Below are positions 1 to 13,641 of a DNA stretch of 64,000 nucleotides, one piece after another. The stretch is from the NCBI GenBank assembly GCA_965655095.1, contig OZ296651.1, positions 62,186,001 to 62,250,000 on the forward strand. The letters run 5' to 3'. This DNA comes from Haplodiscus bocki. Its lineage: Eukaryota. Under the pieces are notes generated by a model, which saw only the letters and a list, made by a program, of their open reading frames with translations, did no database searches and had not been told where the DNA came from. A program made the translations under genes and the position numbers. Numbering within the stretch: position 1 is the stretch's first letter; each line of letters starts with the position of its first letter.

Positions 1-778
1 CACATAAATAGGTTTTCCTGTTCTCCTTTGAAGCATATGATTTTATCGAAAACGAAGTTTCATGATAAAAATAATGGTCTGTGTCCAAAAAAAGTACAGT
101 AATGACATCATGCAAAAACCGCAACTTTCTCAAGTGATATATTGCAACTGAATCCAGAACTCCATATAAAGTTCTATGACGTTTTATACAATATTCAACT
201 TGAGACTAAACATATCTTATTTAATGCATTACTTCATGCATGCAAAAAAGTTTTAATGTGGAAGTATTTTTTACTAATTTTGAAGTTTCTCATCACAACT
301 TCCAGATTATTCTCTCAACTCTTGCAAACTTGATAACCTGAAAGAGATATTGAACTAATTGTTTTTTCAGGAGCCGTACAGTAAACCTCTAGATAAAACT
401 GAAATCTCGAAACTTTTTGGAACTGTGTCTGAACACAGCTTGTTTTCTTTTTTAAGGTTTACCTTACTAAATGTTATATCTGCTTTACAGAACTCGCATA
501 GAATCTAAATGAAGTAGCCACTTCTTGATTTGCTTCTTCTACAATTGATGTAAAGTTTGCTGACTAACGCATATTTTTCTGAGTGAAAAGAGTGTACACA
601 GTTTCAATTTTACTGCTCCAACAAACTCTGCCGATTCAGTGCACATAATTTCCTTCGAAATAGTTCTGAGGCAAGGTAGAATGAAGTTCAGTATCAACTT
701 TTTGGGTACCGCAGTAAATTGACGTTCAAAAAGTTAAGTCTTGTTGGAGCAAGCTAACCAGGAACTTTAGCCGGTTTA

Positions 779-2826
779 TCCACTTCCCGGCAAAATCATG
801 CCAAATAGGTTATTTGATGAATCCCACTCAAACGTTGAGAACCGACAATATCTTTTGTGTAATATTGTAAGCGGTATTAGGAGAGTTGCCACACGGTTTT
901 GGGCCAGGTAGTACTGAACGTGAGATTCTGTTTCCGTGGTCTGGTTAATCGAGGCCCAAAACATATGTCATGAACTCGGTCACTCTCGCCGATCCCCAGA
1001 TGCGACACTCTCATCACGTCAACCTGCCCGGAGTCCATTAGGTCAATCAGATTCCGTAAAGTAGCTACCAGAAATTTCTTTTAGCTTTTCTTCCAGCTTC
1101 TGTCTCTGTTCATATCTGGCACTCCCACAAAAACACAAACAGTGGTGGATCCGAAAAAAGCGGGCAATATTTTTGACCATCACAGACACTTTTTAAGACA
1201 ATTCCCTCATGGGCCAGAAAGGACCATTAGTACTGGACTCTTTCGTCACTGGGCCTTTCTTTGTTGTTTGTGGTATGATTAGTTAGGGTGTAACAGAAAA
1301 ATACATTTATACCGAACCAGTCTGGGCAGGTGCAACCAAGTTATCCCCAGATTACAATCAACTATGACTGTTTTTCTATCGGGGAGAGTTTCTTTAAGTT
1401 CCTTGGTTTCTACAAATGACAAATTTTAACAGTTTGTTCAGGCAAGTAATGCCAAAAACGCTCACACATTACTTGTACTGCAAAAGTTTACTTGAACTAA
1501 TCTAGTGGTTGTCAAAGTGACCGATAAATTTGTCTTCTTTTTTTATTAGGAAGACCATTTTTTTTGGGAACAGAAAACTTTCTTTACCGCAGTTGCTCCA
1601 AATCCTCGAAATTGGGTGGCGTTAAAGAAAACGTGTGTTACTTTCCGTGGGAGTAGAAATTGTCTTGAGGTCGGAAGTAGCAGATGTAGCCACAGAAAAT
1701 CTAGGACTTTGTCAGGTGATAAAGTCTTTTATGAGCACTTGGATTCGTTGAACATTGTTGTGACTTCTAGTGAAAAAGTTTTTGTCATATGACGCAATTT
1801 TACCGTCCTACTAATAATTCGAGCCGCCTTTCTGTTCAATGCTTTATATAAAGTTCTGGTTCCGATCGTTGCTTTAGTTCTAGGACGTATGGTATGGTTT
1901 AGAACTGGTCCGCACAGGCGTACTTTTCTGATTCTGCCAGTGAATTCGTCTGATTCTAAACCCACCCCACAATGATTCGTATGGATTTCGGGACTTTTGA
2001 GCGAAGATGTCATTGACCGCTTGTTTTAGCTTGAGCTTAACTGCTTGAGTTCTTTCTACTATCAAGTTTGCGGAGACATGTCCCCGTTTTTCTACGTAGG
2101 GCTACCGGGGTTGAATTTAGTTGACACGGTGCCTCTGAGGACTTGCTAGAAGCTATGAATTCCATTGTTTTGGCTGCCATAGATGTCTGTTTTAACTCAC
2201 TGTGTTTCATTTGCGGGAATTGAAATGAATCAGAGGCCTCTATGACATAAGTTGTCTGACCCACACTGCTCCAATTCTGCCCAAAGTTCTTCCCTGATAG
2301 ATTGCGTAACCCTCCCATTTAAAATTGACTTTTGTAGTTCCGACGAATCAATTTTGATATGTTCTGAGTTCCTCCATGTTGATCGCTCACTGGGATTAAC
2401 AAAGGCATTGTGTACAGATGTTTCGAATGCAGCAGGAATTTGCACGAAGAGCAAGTGATCCAGTAAAGCAAGACTGTTGCTCGGGAAATTTAACTGGAAA
2501 CCAGATACAAGCAGCAAGTTTTGTTAAGCGCAACCCAACGGTTCGTAGTGATAAATCCTTATTTGGTCGCTTCCAGAGCTAGGATGTTCGCCAACGTATC
2601 TTGCTTTCCGACGCAACTTTATGCCGGTCAACGATGTATTGATCAGACGAAGCTACTGTTTCATTTTTGACAACATGGTGAGGCAATTCAAAAGTGGGTA
2701 AAAAGAACGACTTCAAAGATTACAACTAGTGGAGATTCTTCGGATTGGGGACACAAACGTCCAGAATTAGCTTTTTACCTGCTACGCAATTTTCAACAGA
2801 AACCAGTCTTGGATTTTGGACACCAT
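779..2826 (-). mobile_element. Possible internal remnant of a degenerate LTR retroelement
   Basis: On -, ...AACACA (2827) is followed by a PBS-like TGGTGTCC (2818-2825), and a purine tract GGGAAGTGGA lies at 779-788. Only short broken ORFs lie between them and I recognised no RT or integrase motif. Confidence 0.3.
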
Positions 2827-3400
2827 TGTGTTCAATTTAGGCTTCGGTAATTCTGAAATGGTCATCGCAAACCTGACTTTCACTGGGTGTTGAAACGAAC
2901 CAAAGAGAGCTTAAATGTATGGTGAAGAAAGACCATTTGAAGGTTGGCATTTGTAAGTTGATTCATGACATTTGATTTTAAAAGGAACTGCTCGGTGGCT
3001 TGCGGCTAATGTTTGACAGATGCATCTATAGAGTCCGACAAACGTAACATCAAAAATTGCAAATGAGAGAAAGATAGTCGGATCTTTTCACCAAACACCA
3101 CTGATTGGAGAACCCAACTGGCGTTTTGACAATGTGGTTCCTTTCCAAAACCTTTCCAGCAAGACTGTAACGACAGCTTTATGTATCTTTGTTGCTTATG
3201 TTAACTCTGGCGCTATCTAAGAATTTTCAAGCCATGGTGCAAAATTATCTGACCTACAACTTTCAAAATTAAGTCTCTGAGTGTAGTAAGACGCCATTTC
3301 TTCCAACCAACCTTCCTACACATAGTCGAAAGACCGCCAAATGTTTCAGCAAAATTCAAATGAAAGAATGATCAAAAGGCAAGCATGGGAGAAAAGCAAT
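2827..3400 (-). repeat. LTR-like repeat, distantly similar to 9090-9508 in opposite orientation
   Basis: Collinear short matches to the reverse complement of 9090-9508 (aactgctc..cttg..gctaat; gttttgaca.tg). It ends in ACA next to the PBS-like motif. The right boundary is approximate. Confidence 0.3.
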
Positions 3401-4593
3401 TGACAAGCGAAGATAACGACAAAGGGCCAAAAGAAACTCAAGCGTTCACAGAGTTTCTTTCCAGCACTGAGATTTTTACTTGTGGGTTGGTTAGATAGTA
3501 ACGTCCAATGGAAGAGTCTAGTATTTAAAAAGTCTACCGTTGGCGCTGTTTACACTCTGTGGCAAAGTAGGCAGGAACTTGACTGACTCACGCTGTTTGT
3601 ACACCAACGAAGAACTCATTGTTGAGGAGAGCAAGCGTTCCACTACTGAAGATATGTGAGTGCTCTCCCCAAAATTCAATGCTGACTAAAATGTAGCTTC
3701 TGTTGAAAAGGTTGCGAAATGCTCTCCAATACCGCGTCATGGCATTACCAGAGCTAAAATTAAAGTGAAGATTGAGCAGAAATATGATGAAAACTTTGGA
3801 GAGACCGAGAGAAAAATACAAAGACACTAAAGAGTGACCTTGCACTGCACATTAGGTTCACTATGAACTGAGAAATTTCCAACGTCGGGTTGGTACTTTC
3901 TTCACAGGAGCAGTTGACAAACATGAACTTTTTAATAAATCTTTCTCCTTCTATTCCTAGGAAATTTGATCTGCCCACCTCATCTTCCTTTTCGATCTAC
4001 CCACTGTGCTTTTGAGGCTGTTTTCAAAGTCTTCTGATTTTCGTGCTAAGTGTGCTTTGATTTAAGGTGTTGCGAACAGAAACGGAGTGATTACTACTCA
4101 CATTCTGACTAGACATCAGTGCCCACTTGCCCCAATTCCTCACTAAAGATGTGTGTTTTGTTTAATTGCATCTGAACTAGAAACGGCATGTTAATGTTTC
4201 GAAGAAGTATAGAAAAAAACGGAAACAAAAATAACCGTTGATGCAATTGTCACCTTTCGGACACAATTCTTATGAACAGTGTTTTACTCTGCAAACCCCA
4301 GTAGATCTGGTAGATGCGAGTGTTACCTTAGTTTGATCAGCAACAAAGTTTGATCAGCAATTGAATTCTTTTTGGTCATGTTTTTTGTTTCGGACTTGGG
4401 TTATTGCCAAAAACTTGTTTTTGGCGGAACCTTCCAATACATTTGTAATGAAAATATTCCAATGCTCTTTTGTAAACTTTTAACTCTACTAAAACTTTCA
4501 ATATACAGAAAAAAATGAAATCATTTCTTTCCGTAAAATAAAGTATCAAAATTTCCAGTACCTTTCTCAGATAAACAGGTGTTTGGTTGAAAC

Positions 4594-5381
4594 GGTCAAA
4601 AGTGTCATCCGGGCCAGAGTTTTCAGTCTGACTCTGAGAGATACCCGCCTCAGGACGAGGATCACTCTGAGAGTCGTCCACTTTCGTTCCCTGGTTTTTA
4701 CGTAGTGTTTTTCGGTAAGTCACTGGAGCGGTTCCGGAGTAGCCTTGAATTACTGGGTTCAAAAGAAAGTCATCTAGACGAGAGAACGCGCCTAAAATGC
4801 AGCTCTCTGTCCTGCTATGTTCTTGGAACAACTTTTTTGTTAATCTACCTTCAATTTCCGCAAAAAAATTCGGGTAAAATAGTTCACCTGTGATCTGGGG
4901 ACATTTGAGTTTTGTGGCAAGTAACTCTTGGGATGTTCCTCGCAATTTTTTTAAGGGCTGCAAGTTTTCGCTTATTTCTCAAACTTGCCTTTTTCTACGG
5001 GAAAAGTAATCAGCAGCGATGAAAACTGAATTGTCTTTTTCATGAGGGAAATCAAATTGTTTTTACAGTTCCAATAAAAAGGTAAACGAAATTTCACTGG
5101 GTATCATCGTCATTACTCTCAAAAATATTAAACAACAGTTGTCTTGTTGCACTTCCGTCCCTCCCATTTGTACCTTTTCCTTGGCAGAAAAATTAACTGA
5201 TCACACGCCAAACAAGCATTTACAATAATTCAAAGTGGGAAGACCGACTGTGGCTGGAAATAAATAATTTTTCCAGCCATTTCTTCCCTCATAGAACCCG
5301 TCCTTTCTATCGTCCCACAGAAAATGGACTGACCTAATCCGTCAGAGATGGACATCAAATTGTTTTTTCCCCGCCCGGACG
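4594..5381 (-). mobile_element. Degenerate solo-LTR-like element containing the 5' end of a gag-like ORF (copy 1)
   Basis: Collinear with 13731-14548 throughout. Its translation EIEGRLTKKLFQEHSRTESCILGAFSRLDDFLLNP matches ORF 13642..14133, and homology stops at the same points at both ends. Confidence 0.7.
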
Positions 5382-5399
5382 TTTTGTTTGCAAGCTAAG

Positions 5400-6325
5400 T
5401 AATGTATATTCTATAACTGGAGAATTAAATATTTGTTTATTTGGGAAAACGAAAAGATTTATAAAATTACTGTAGGAAGTATGGAAAAACTAAAAATGAT
5501 AGTAAATAGGAAGTTTTTTTGGTATTTCATGCATATTTCATAATTCATTCACTCAGTGGCTCATAAATCTTCGCTCTGTAGAAGTGAGGATAAATTAGTA
5601 GCACTAGTAGTTTACTCCTCATTCATACGAGTAGCGAATAGTGGGTTTCGGATTTTTCCGTTTTCACTAGTAGTAGTATTTGTTTTCAGAAATGAGGAGA
5701 AACTAGTAGCAATAACAGATTTCTCCTCGAGTAGACGAGTAGCTACTAGTGGTTTCCGAATGTTTCCGTAGCCACAATTAATAGCATTCAAATGAAGCAG
5801 GCTGTGCTCAAATGAGGAGTGAATACGGAATCAGTCCGTATTCACCACAGCACTGCGACACAATATAGTGATAGGAATGATTGTGACGTCACCAGACTAG
5901 TATCGACGGAACACGTACGGAACAAATAATCAAACTTGGAGTCTTCACGCTTCACTGCAGTAGCATTATTCTAATTGATTGACAGCTTCAATCTGATAGC
6001 ACTTTAGCACAGTAAATCGAGCTAATCACACTTAAAAGATGGATATGTATCAAATAAAATAAATGAGATATTACAAAACTAGCACCTTTTAGAATGGACA
6101 GCTCTGTTAATATCCGTTTTTTAGATAACGGTTCCGTATTAGCCTGGATTAGTTCACTAGGATGATTCAAACTTGATGCGGATTAGTAACATGAAAAGTA
6201 GGAGAAACATGAAATATGAAGTTTATTTTGTTTTATTTACAGTTCATCAATTCCGTTGAGGGTCTGGGAATGTTCTTTTCCTCTGCAGCATTTGTCCGCA
6301 GGCTTCGCAGGTTTGCTGTGACAGA
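5400..6325. repeat. Non-coding interspersed repeat (non-autonomous DNA-transposon-like), copy 1, with an internal ~108-bp duplication and hairpins
   Basis: Shares blocks with 14560-15275 (ttgtgacgtcaccag...cgtacg.aacaaat; tctggg.atgt.cttttc; ggcttcgc.g....ctg.gacag). Internal duplication at 5581-5660 and 5689-5768. Perfect 11-bp hairpin at 5819-5845. Confidence 0.5.
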
Positions 6326-6503
6326 AAGCTATTGCTTAAAAACACAGTAATGTTTATTTCTGTGATGCAGCAGTGTACAGATGTTTTACAAAGGAAAGTC
6401 TTTGTTTTTTCCTTTTTATTTGATTAGATTGAGAGTGCTGGTCTAAACTAATGTTACAATTGGTAGGCTAGCTATATAAGCGGAACCTAGCAGACTACCA
6501 AAT

Positions 6504-6665
6504 AGGACTGTAGTTTAATTGGGAGAACATTCGGTCTGCAGATTTGAGGGTGCGAGTTCGAAGCCTGCCAGTCCTATATGTTTGCAATATTCAGCTTTGT
6601 AGTTAGTCCTGTACCGCTGTTTTTAATGAGCGATGAAATTTGAATTCTTCCTCCTTATTATACAA
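6504..6665 (+). mobile_element. tRNA-derived SINE or tRNA pseudogene (tRNA-Cys GCA-like head at 6504-6576)
   Basis: Perfect 7-bp acceptor stem AGGACTG/CAGTCCT, D-arm GTTT..GAAC, anticodon loop CTGCAGA and B-box GAGTTCGAAGC. The anticodon and T stems are mismatched, and a ~90-bp body ending in TTATTATA follows. Confidence 0.65.
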
Positions 6666-7149
6666 ATCATTAGCAACTGCATCTAACATATCAAGTTTAT
6701 ATTAGGGCATTATCTGACGATTGAAAGATCGCTCAATAAGTTGCCAACTCGATAAGAACTTGTTTGTGAGTTTTCCAAAATGAGACCCACTTTCTTTTTC
6801 CATTACGCTAAAGTGAATCTACCACTGTCGCAGCTTGCCATATGCGACAGCAACTGGTGGTATCACTTTTCCAAACTACTGATATCTTTCTGTGTCAGCT
6901 TTTGGTGGCCAAATGTGTCTGCTACGACAAATAGACATTTCAAACCCTGTAAGTATTGCAAAGAGCGTGCTGTAAGTGTTTCATAAAAATCTGTGAGGTT
7001 TTAATTATAATGAATGCATAGAACAAAGGGCTAAAGTCATCCATTGTGTTCAAATGAATCATCCTTGTTTCTCTGAGTTCCACCTTAAGTGATATCTTTA
7101 TGTAAAACATCCCATTAGCATATCAAAACAAGACGGCCGGCCAGCACCA

Positions 7150-7612
7150 GAATATTTTCCGCCCACCAATTTTGTTAAGGATGCCTTTTAAAAGGATGAA
7201 ATCGTTTTTTTTCCAAAAATATACTTTCTGCCTCAAATTTTGTAATTTTTCGAATTTAAAAATTTTCTGAATTTTTGCAGAAAAACCTCGTAATTAATGT
7301 GGAAAAGACCTTTTCAAGAAATAACTTCATTTGGTACACGTTGTCCAACAAATTTGCCACCTTCACCAATATAAAAAAATCAATTTTTCCTTCAAACAGA
7401 CCCAATTTTTTTTTCGAAAAAAAACCAGCTTTCACACATATTTCAGAAATCTTACTATTTCAGTCGCATTCTGCGGCAAATTTGATGAAAAATTTTCAAA
7501 GTCCGAATCGTCATTTTCATTCGGACATTTCAATTAGCAAAAACGTAAAAAACGTTCGCTTTGAGTGGATGATTTTCTTCCCCACATAATAAATATGGCG
7601 GAAACAATATTC
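7150..7612. mobile_element. MITE-like element
   Basis: Imperfect inverted repeat GAATATTTTCCGCC (7150-7163) / GGCGGAAACAATATTC (7597-7612) around an A/T-run-rich interior. No target-site duplication established. Confidence 0.4.
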
Positions 7613-8889
7613 ATTCGAAGTAATTGATGAAGTTTGCAATGTCTGTTCAGTTGGAAATTTACACAAGGTGTCTATTTTGTGCTATAACAAGCCTCTACAA
7701 ATTAATTACAGCACAGAAACATCATTAATCGTCCATTCAACTTCTATGGCATTTTTGCGTTGAGGTTTCAAAAAAGTACTGATTTTTCAACGCACCTCGT
7801 GATGAACACATGTTGTTCTTGATCAAATTTTGAAACGATTTCTCGTTATATTGATCCAACGAAAAGCAGAGATAACAACAAAGCCCCGCGTGCGAGAGAA
7901 GATGAAAGACGAGTAGTTGTCGCAGATGCAGTTTGAGCGACAAAAAGTAAGAGATGATGAAATGAACAGGAAATATCAAAAAATCGGATGTCTTTTCCAA
8001 TGTCATGCTTGCCCAAAGTTTGATGAATGCGCAATTACCGGTTAAAGTGCGTCCTTATGACTGGAGATTCATTTACTTCCTCAGGAATACATCTGCAGCC
8101 TCATCATTCAACATATAATCATGAAACGTACAGTTTCTATCGGATAAGTTCCCGAAAGAGGGGTGATTCTTGTTGGTTTCTCACGTTCAGAAGTAGCTGC
8201 TACACAAGCAACAACCCGTCCAGATGGCGCAGTCACTAGCCTAACTGCTTATTATTTGATAGTGTTATTGTCTATCGCAGCTAAATATGTCTACTGCAAT
8301 GTCCCTTTCCCTAACAACCCTGTCTGTGAGGTTTCTTTTTCGAAGTCTGATATTTTGAAATTTTTTTGATAGTTCACATTGGACCGTATTCATTACGAGT
8401 GAAAGTGGATTCAACTTGACCATATTCGAATGCAATAGTTTGTTTTTCGCTTCTCACGGCATTTCCAATACGAACATCTTGATCAAATTTGTCTAATTGG
8501 CTGAAAAACGTTCAGCATTGATGTTTCATCTTTCGGGTTGCAACCATGTTAGCTGAAGCAAATAAAGTGCACTGAACATTAAAACAATTCAATTGAACAA
8601 CAATAAAGTGAAACAAATTTCAATTATGTAACTTTGAAAATGGCCAGAACAAAAGCTTCTTCTGTCATTTGAATGTCAAAAGCAATTGTTCTTGATGAGG
8701 TCTCCCAACAGTTCAGATCGATCTCTCGGCCCAAGTCAGCCACCCTTTTTTACCAACTTTCCTCTTTTAATGAGAGGCGACCGTTTGGTTTTAGCAGACT
8801 GGTCAGAAAAAGGTGCCAGCGACCACTTTTGACCATTGTACATCGACAATGAATGTAAACTGCTCGCTCGGTTTGTGCATTATTTAGGT

Positions 8890-9089
8890 NNNNNNNNNNN
8901 NNNNNNNNNNNNNNNNNNNNNNNNNNNNNNNNNNNNNNNNNNNNNNNNNNNNNNNNNNNNNNNNNNNNNNNNNNNNNNNNNNNNNNNNNNNNNNNNNNNN
9001 NNNNNNNNNNNNNNNNNNNNNNNNNNNNNNNNNNNNNNNNNNNNNNNNNNNNNNNNNNNNNNNNNNNNNNNNNNNNNNNNNNNNNNNNN
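8890..9089. other. Assembly gap (200 N)
   Basis: Run of N characters. Confidence 1.
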
Positions 9090-9508
9090 AACGGTTATGT
9101 TTCTTTAGTCGGCTTTTTCATGAAAGAAAGCCACTCTTGCAATTACTACATCTTTTCCCCAATAGACCAACTCGTCTTTTTAACGACGTATTTTGCAGCA
9201 TGCCAGCCAGCACTGTCAAAAACAAAAAGATAAAAGTTCTCAGTAACACCAAATGGTGCTTCGGCACTGTGGGACAAACGAGTTTTCGAAAAAAAATTCG
9301 GTAATATTTTTATGGAACCCCTCTATTGCTTACCAGTTTTTTGCACTCGACAGATTAGCAGCGCCAAGTTAGAGCTGTTGTTCTAGGCTTGTTTCTGTAT
9401 GCAGTGAGTAACCCATATTATGGCCTATCAACAGTGAGTTTCATATCAGGCCAAACCGGGCTTTTCTAAAATTTTAGATACCGAAATTCAACCTAAACAA
9501 TGTGCACA
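9090..9508 (+). repeat. LTR-like repeat fragment truncated by the gap
   Basis: Ends in ATGTGCACA and shows weak collinear similarity to 2827-3400 (inverted). Confidence 0.3.
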
Positions 9509-11379
9509 GGAGTTTAGTGCTGGCTCGATAAATATTCAGGTCTACCGACAAAGTGCAACAATTTTGTGCAAACGACTCGTATGAATTTGTGTTTGACAAA
9601 CGAAACAGTCACAGTAGTTAGCAAGTAAACTGAATGTCTACAAGTTGGTGACACTGAAAAGCCGGAACTGATGGAAAAAGAAGACATGTGTAATTTGAGT
9701 TTGATATCTTCGTACTCAATCGAAATTGCAGAGCTTATTGCTGAAACACCAGATGATAACTTAGAACTTCTACTTGTAAAATCACCCTTTCTATTGGATA
9801 AAAACTGACATCAATCAAATGGAATACTTAATACTTATTTGCTCTTCAATTTGTACAATCAATTTTTGTATTCAACAATTTTGCTGCTAAAGTCTCCGAT
9901 TTTATCAAAAACAAAAATTTGGACGGTGCTGTTTCCAGTTTATTTCTACAGTTCTGGATTCACTTTCACTGCACTATACAAGACTACAATCCCCAAATTT
10001 TTGAGATAGTGGATGTCGCAGGGCGTGATCGGAATTGGGAACCTAGTGCAACTCCACTGGTAAATGTCAATGCCGACACATCCTAAACTTATTCTTGAGA
10101 TTAACTGAACTCATTCTTTGCAGTCATTTGGCGAGTCACGTTTTTTTGCTACCTTAGGAGAGCTTAAAGTATCAAAAAGAACCTTTTCAATCCCTGTAAA
10201 ATCAAAGTATCTAATCCTGGGAACATGAAAGATTTCTTTATTGTTTCTTGGAAAAAATAGGAATTTGGGCTTAAATGGTCTTATCACTTGAGAAAAATGA
10301 TCTCCATGAATCCGAATTGTTCAACAAACCGAACACACAGGAGCATTTTCATTCATGAATTCAGATTTTCTATCGGTCATGCAGTTTATTTTATTTAGTA
10401 TTTAATGCGATTTCCATTAAGAACCACGCCAAAAATTTTTATTTGACAGTTGTTCTTGCGACATATCGTGGTCACCAAAAAAAAATGTTCGTTATCTTCG
10501 ACGTTATCCTAATATTAACCTGATTTCATGCTAGAAAGAGCCTGACGTCAAGGTTGGTGCTATTTTCACAAACTTTTGGTAAATTCTAGCTAACCAACCA
10601 GGAGCGTCTAGCAACCTGCAACCACTCTTCGTTCAATCATCTTGGCAGAAATAGGCTGCTATTATTGCCTAATTTTTGATTGAAGACAGGCTCTTGCGCA
10701 TTTAATTTTCAGACATAATATCTGCAATATTTTTGTAAAAATTCTTAGTTCCTTCAATTCTGTTTAAAAATGTGTTTTGATTTAAACAGAAACTCGGAAA
10801 TAGATTTTTTGCAAGTTTTCTTCTTTCCACAGTGACTTCAAAGTCTGGACAGAAAGCAAGGAGATCCAAAACCCCGGGTGAAAATAAAAAAAAGCTGAAA
10901 AAAACTGGAGAGGAGACCTATCAGGCCCTAATAAATGTTTTTAAAAAATACAAGTAAAACCAATACAACCAATGCAGGTTCTATGGCTCAAACTGAGCGT
11001 GTTCGAAGAGAGAATGATGTTCAAGTGCTTCCACAGTGGGTTGAAAACGCTATTGAGAATGGGATCAAGGCAACCTCAAGCTGTATTTAGAACAATCTAG
11101 CTGACAACGTTCATGATACTAACAATTCCTTTAACTCAGCCCTAGCAGAGAGTCTTAGATCGAATAAAACAAAAACCTATTTCAGTAAACAATGAAGTTC
11201 ACGGGCCAAAAAAGGCGTTGATGCGAGCACACCTATCATGAACAACAGCAACCTCGGTCCTTTCGATCATCTAATTTTCTCACAGGGGGTTTGTGAAATA
11301 ATTCTTGAAACATTTCCGCCAAGAAGGAAAGAGAAAGTCGTCACCTACAGCTAAATATATCACCAACGTCAGCTATAAG

Positions 11380-12240
11380 TTGATGAAAATACAATACTAC
11401 CCTCGATAACCATTACAAATTCCAACAATCCTCTTGATCAATTGTCATTAGCTATTGAGAAAACAGCTTCTTGAAAAAAACTTCACCCACAAGCGTTCCT
11501 AAAACCTGCTTCAACAGAATACTTCCTTTTTTGACGGCAAGAAAGAAAATCGAGCTTTCTGAGATTCTGTTCCAGACAATTCCCAACATGCAGCACGAAC
11601 ACCGGAAGTAATGAAGTTAAATCATTTTCATTCGCATCTTAAAAACGATCCTTTGAAAAGTTTTCTAAACGTTCAAAGCACTTCATGAACTAATTTTTAG
11701 GATGCATTCGTTTCTTTTCACATAGATGGAAAGAAATAACTTTTGACCTTGAGTGCCAAAGGCTTCGTGATCGTCTGGAAGATCTCTGCGAACGTGTTGG
11801 AAGAGCATTTTGAGACCAAAGTCAACAAATGGTAGGAAGACTGATTTGTCAAAACGCCACCCAGTCTGAAAAAACAACACTTAACGCAGCACATCATGAA
11901 AATGGTACGTAAGAGCAAATAGTCAAGGACTTTCACTTTGGTACAAAAATAGAAGTAAAAAGACTTGAAAATGATAGCGAATCGATACCCTCGATGACAG
12001 TAACAACTGCAAAAACTAACGGAAAGCGGAAAAAGGAGAATAGCAATAACACCACCATTCAACATCAACATCAAAGTAACGGCGTTCAGGGAGAGAAAGG
12101 CCCCTGTAAATGCTCCAAGAAAAATGGAGACGTCAAAGATGACTGCCGCAAACTAAAGCGTAGTATCGAACTTGAATATGACCCAATGCTCCTACGTGCA
12201 GTCACTGCTACAAAAAGGTCACGTCTACGAAAAATATAGT
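11380..12240 (+). pseudogene. gag: Degenerate Ty3/Gypsy-type gag
   Basis: Across frameshifts it reads FDGKKE..ELSEILFQT, MKLNHFHSHLKNDPLKSF and FVKTPPSLKK..NAAHHENGT*EQIV, then a decayed CCHC knuckle (CKCSKKNGDVKDDC, spacing Cx2Cx4Hx4C) in ORF 11994..12239. Confidence 0.65.
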
Positions 12241-13641
12241 TAAAGTCCTAATAGAGCGAATAAATCCAGATCACTAGGACTTAGATAATTCCTCAAAGTA
12301 ATGGCAAAAACCAACAAAATAACAATTACCTGAAGAACGAGAATTAGCTGTCTACTTCAAAGGATTTAAGTCAAAACGTATCCGCACAAAATTATGTCCT
12401 TACAGAACCACCAAACTCTAAACTCAAGACACGGGAGAACCATGTTCTGGGATCTCTTTGCTTGACGACGTGTTCAGCTAGCATAATTTCATACCTATAA
12501 CTTGTCTCACTCTTCTGAAAAACCCGTCCCAACATGGCTATGTGATGAACTGAATGACGCGTTCTTTTCTGTGCTTATTTCGGAAATATCGGTAGTGCAG
12601 AAGATTTTACTATGCAACGCACAGCTGCACAATGGTACCAGTCTGCATTTTCTTACTATATGTGTTGCGAATCCTAATTTACTGGACAGCAACATCATTT
12701 CTGTGGATGAAATTCGAGTTGACTTTTGACAAATGGATGGCATTGGAGATTTCGACTTCGACTTTGACTCATTGGGGAAATTTATCTGTTTTGCGCTCCT
12801 CCACGGGAAACTGATTCAAAGTAGAAAGCTTGATTCATGCATTTTGATATTTTATTTGTTTAACCCAACAATTTCTGGAAGCTAGGTAAAAGTTGTAGGG
12901 AGAAGATTTTAACAATTTGTAATAAGCGTTTTTGAAGCAACATTTGCAGAAACAGAACACGTAGCAATATGAGGACCAGTTCATCTGAAAGTTGAGTCGA
13001 ATTTGTGCCACCACCGAGTCTGAATCGTTCAAAATTTCTCATGAAATACAATTTTATAAGCAATTTTCAAGTTGATCAACTTTGAGAGTTCGCTCCAAAA
13101 TATTCGCTCATGCCTAAGTTCTTCCAGCTGGAATGATTCTAGAAACCCTCTTATCGAAGTAAATGATGACATGAGTCACTTTGCAGGTTATCAATGGACC
13201 GTGCCCTAACTAATGTTATTTATTCAAACTTCTTCTAATATCAACAACTGATTTTTTCAAAAAAATATAAAGTGACACAAATTGATGGATTGAATGGTTT
13301 TACCAGACGGATTTTCCAGTTGCCTTAGTCTTTCGCTTTCCAGACTTCAGACTTCACTTCTGCTGCTCTAACTTGCCTACTATGCCCAGATCATTTCCTA
13401 TTTCATCGGCAGTTTCAGAGTCTATTTTCTCGAAATAAAGTAATGGCATTGATTTTGCGTCAAAAAGAATGCACTCGTCCGTGCGACCAAAATGCTGCGT
13501 TAATTCAATCAATTTTTCAGACATACTGATCAAAAATGATCAACAAGAAACTTGAGAAGCTGAACTCCGTGCTAGAGTGAATGATTTTGACAACCGGGTA
13601 GTTTCATATAAGAAATCTTCCATTGACAAGATGTGACGTTG

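Noticed and set aside
6504-6576. Functional tRNA-Cys gene
   Set aside because: The anticodon and T stems are mismatched and there is no oligo-T terminator directly downstream.
8836-9108. ORF spanning the gap
   Set aside because: Artefact of translating Ns.
9590-13620. Host exons or a DNA transposase in 9.6-10.1 kb and 12.5-13.6 kb
   Set aside because: The composition is coding-like but the frames are broken, and I recognised no motif or consistent splice structure.
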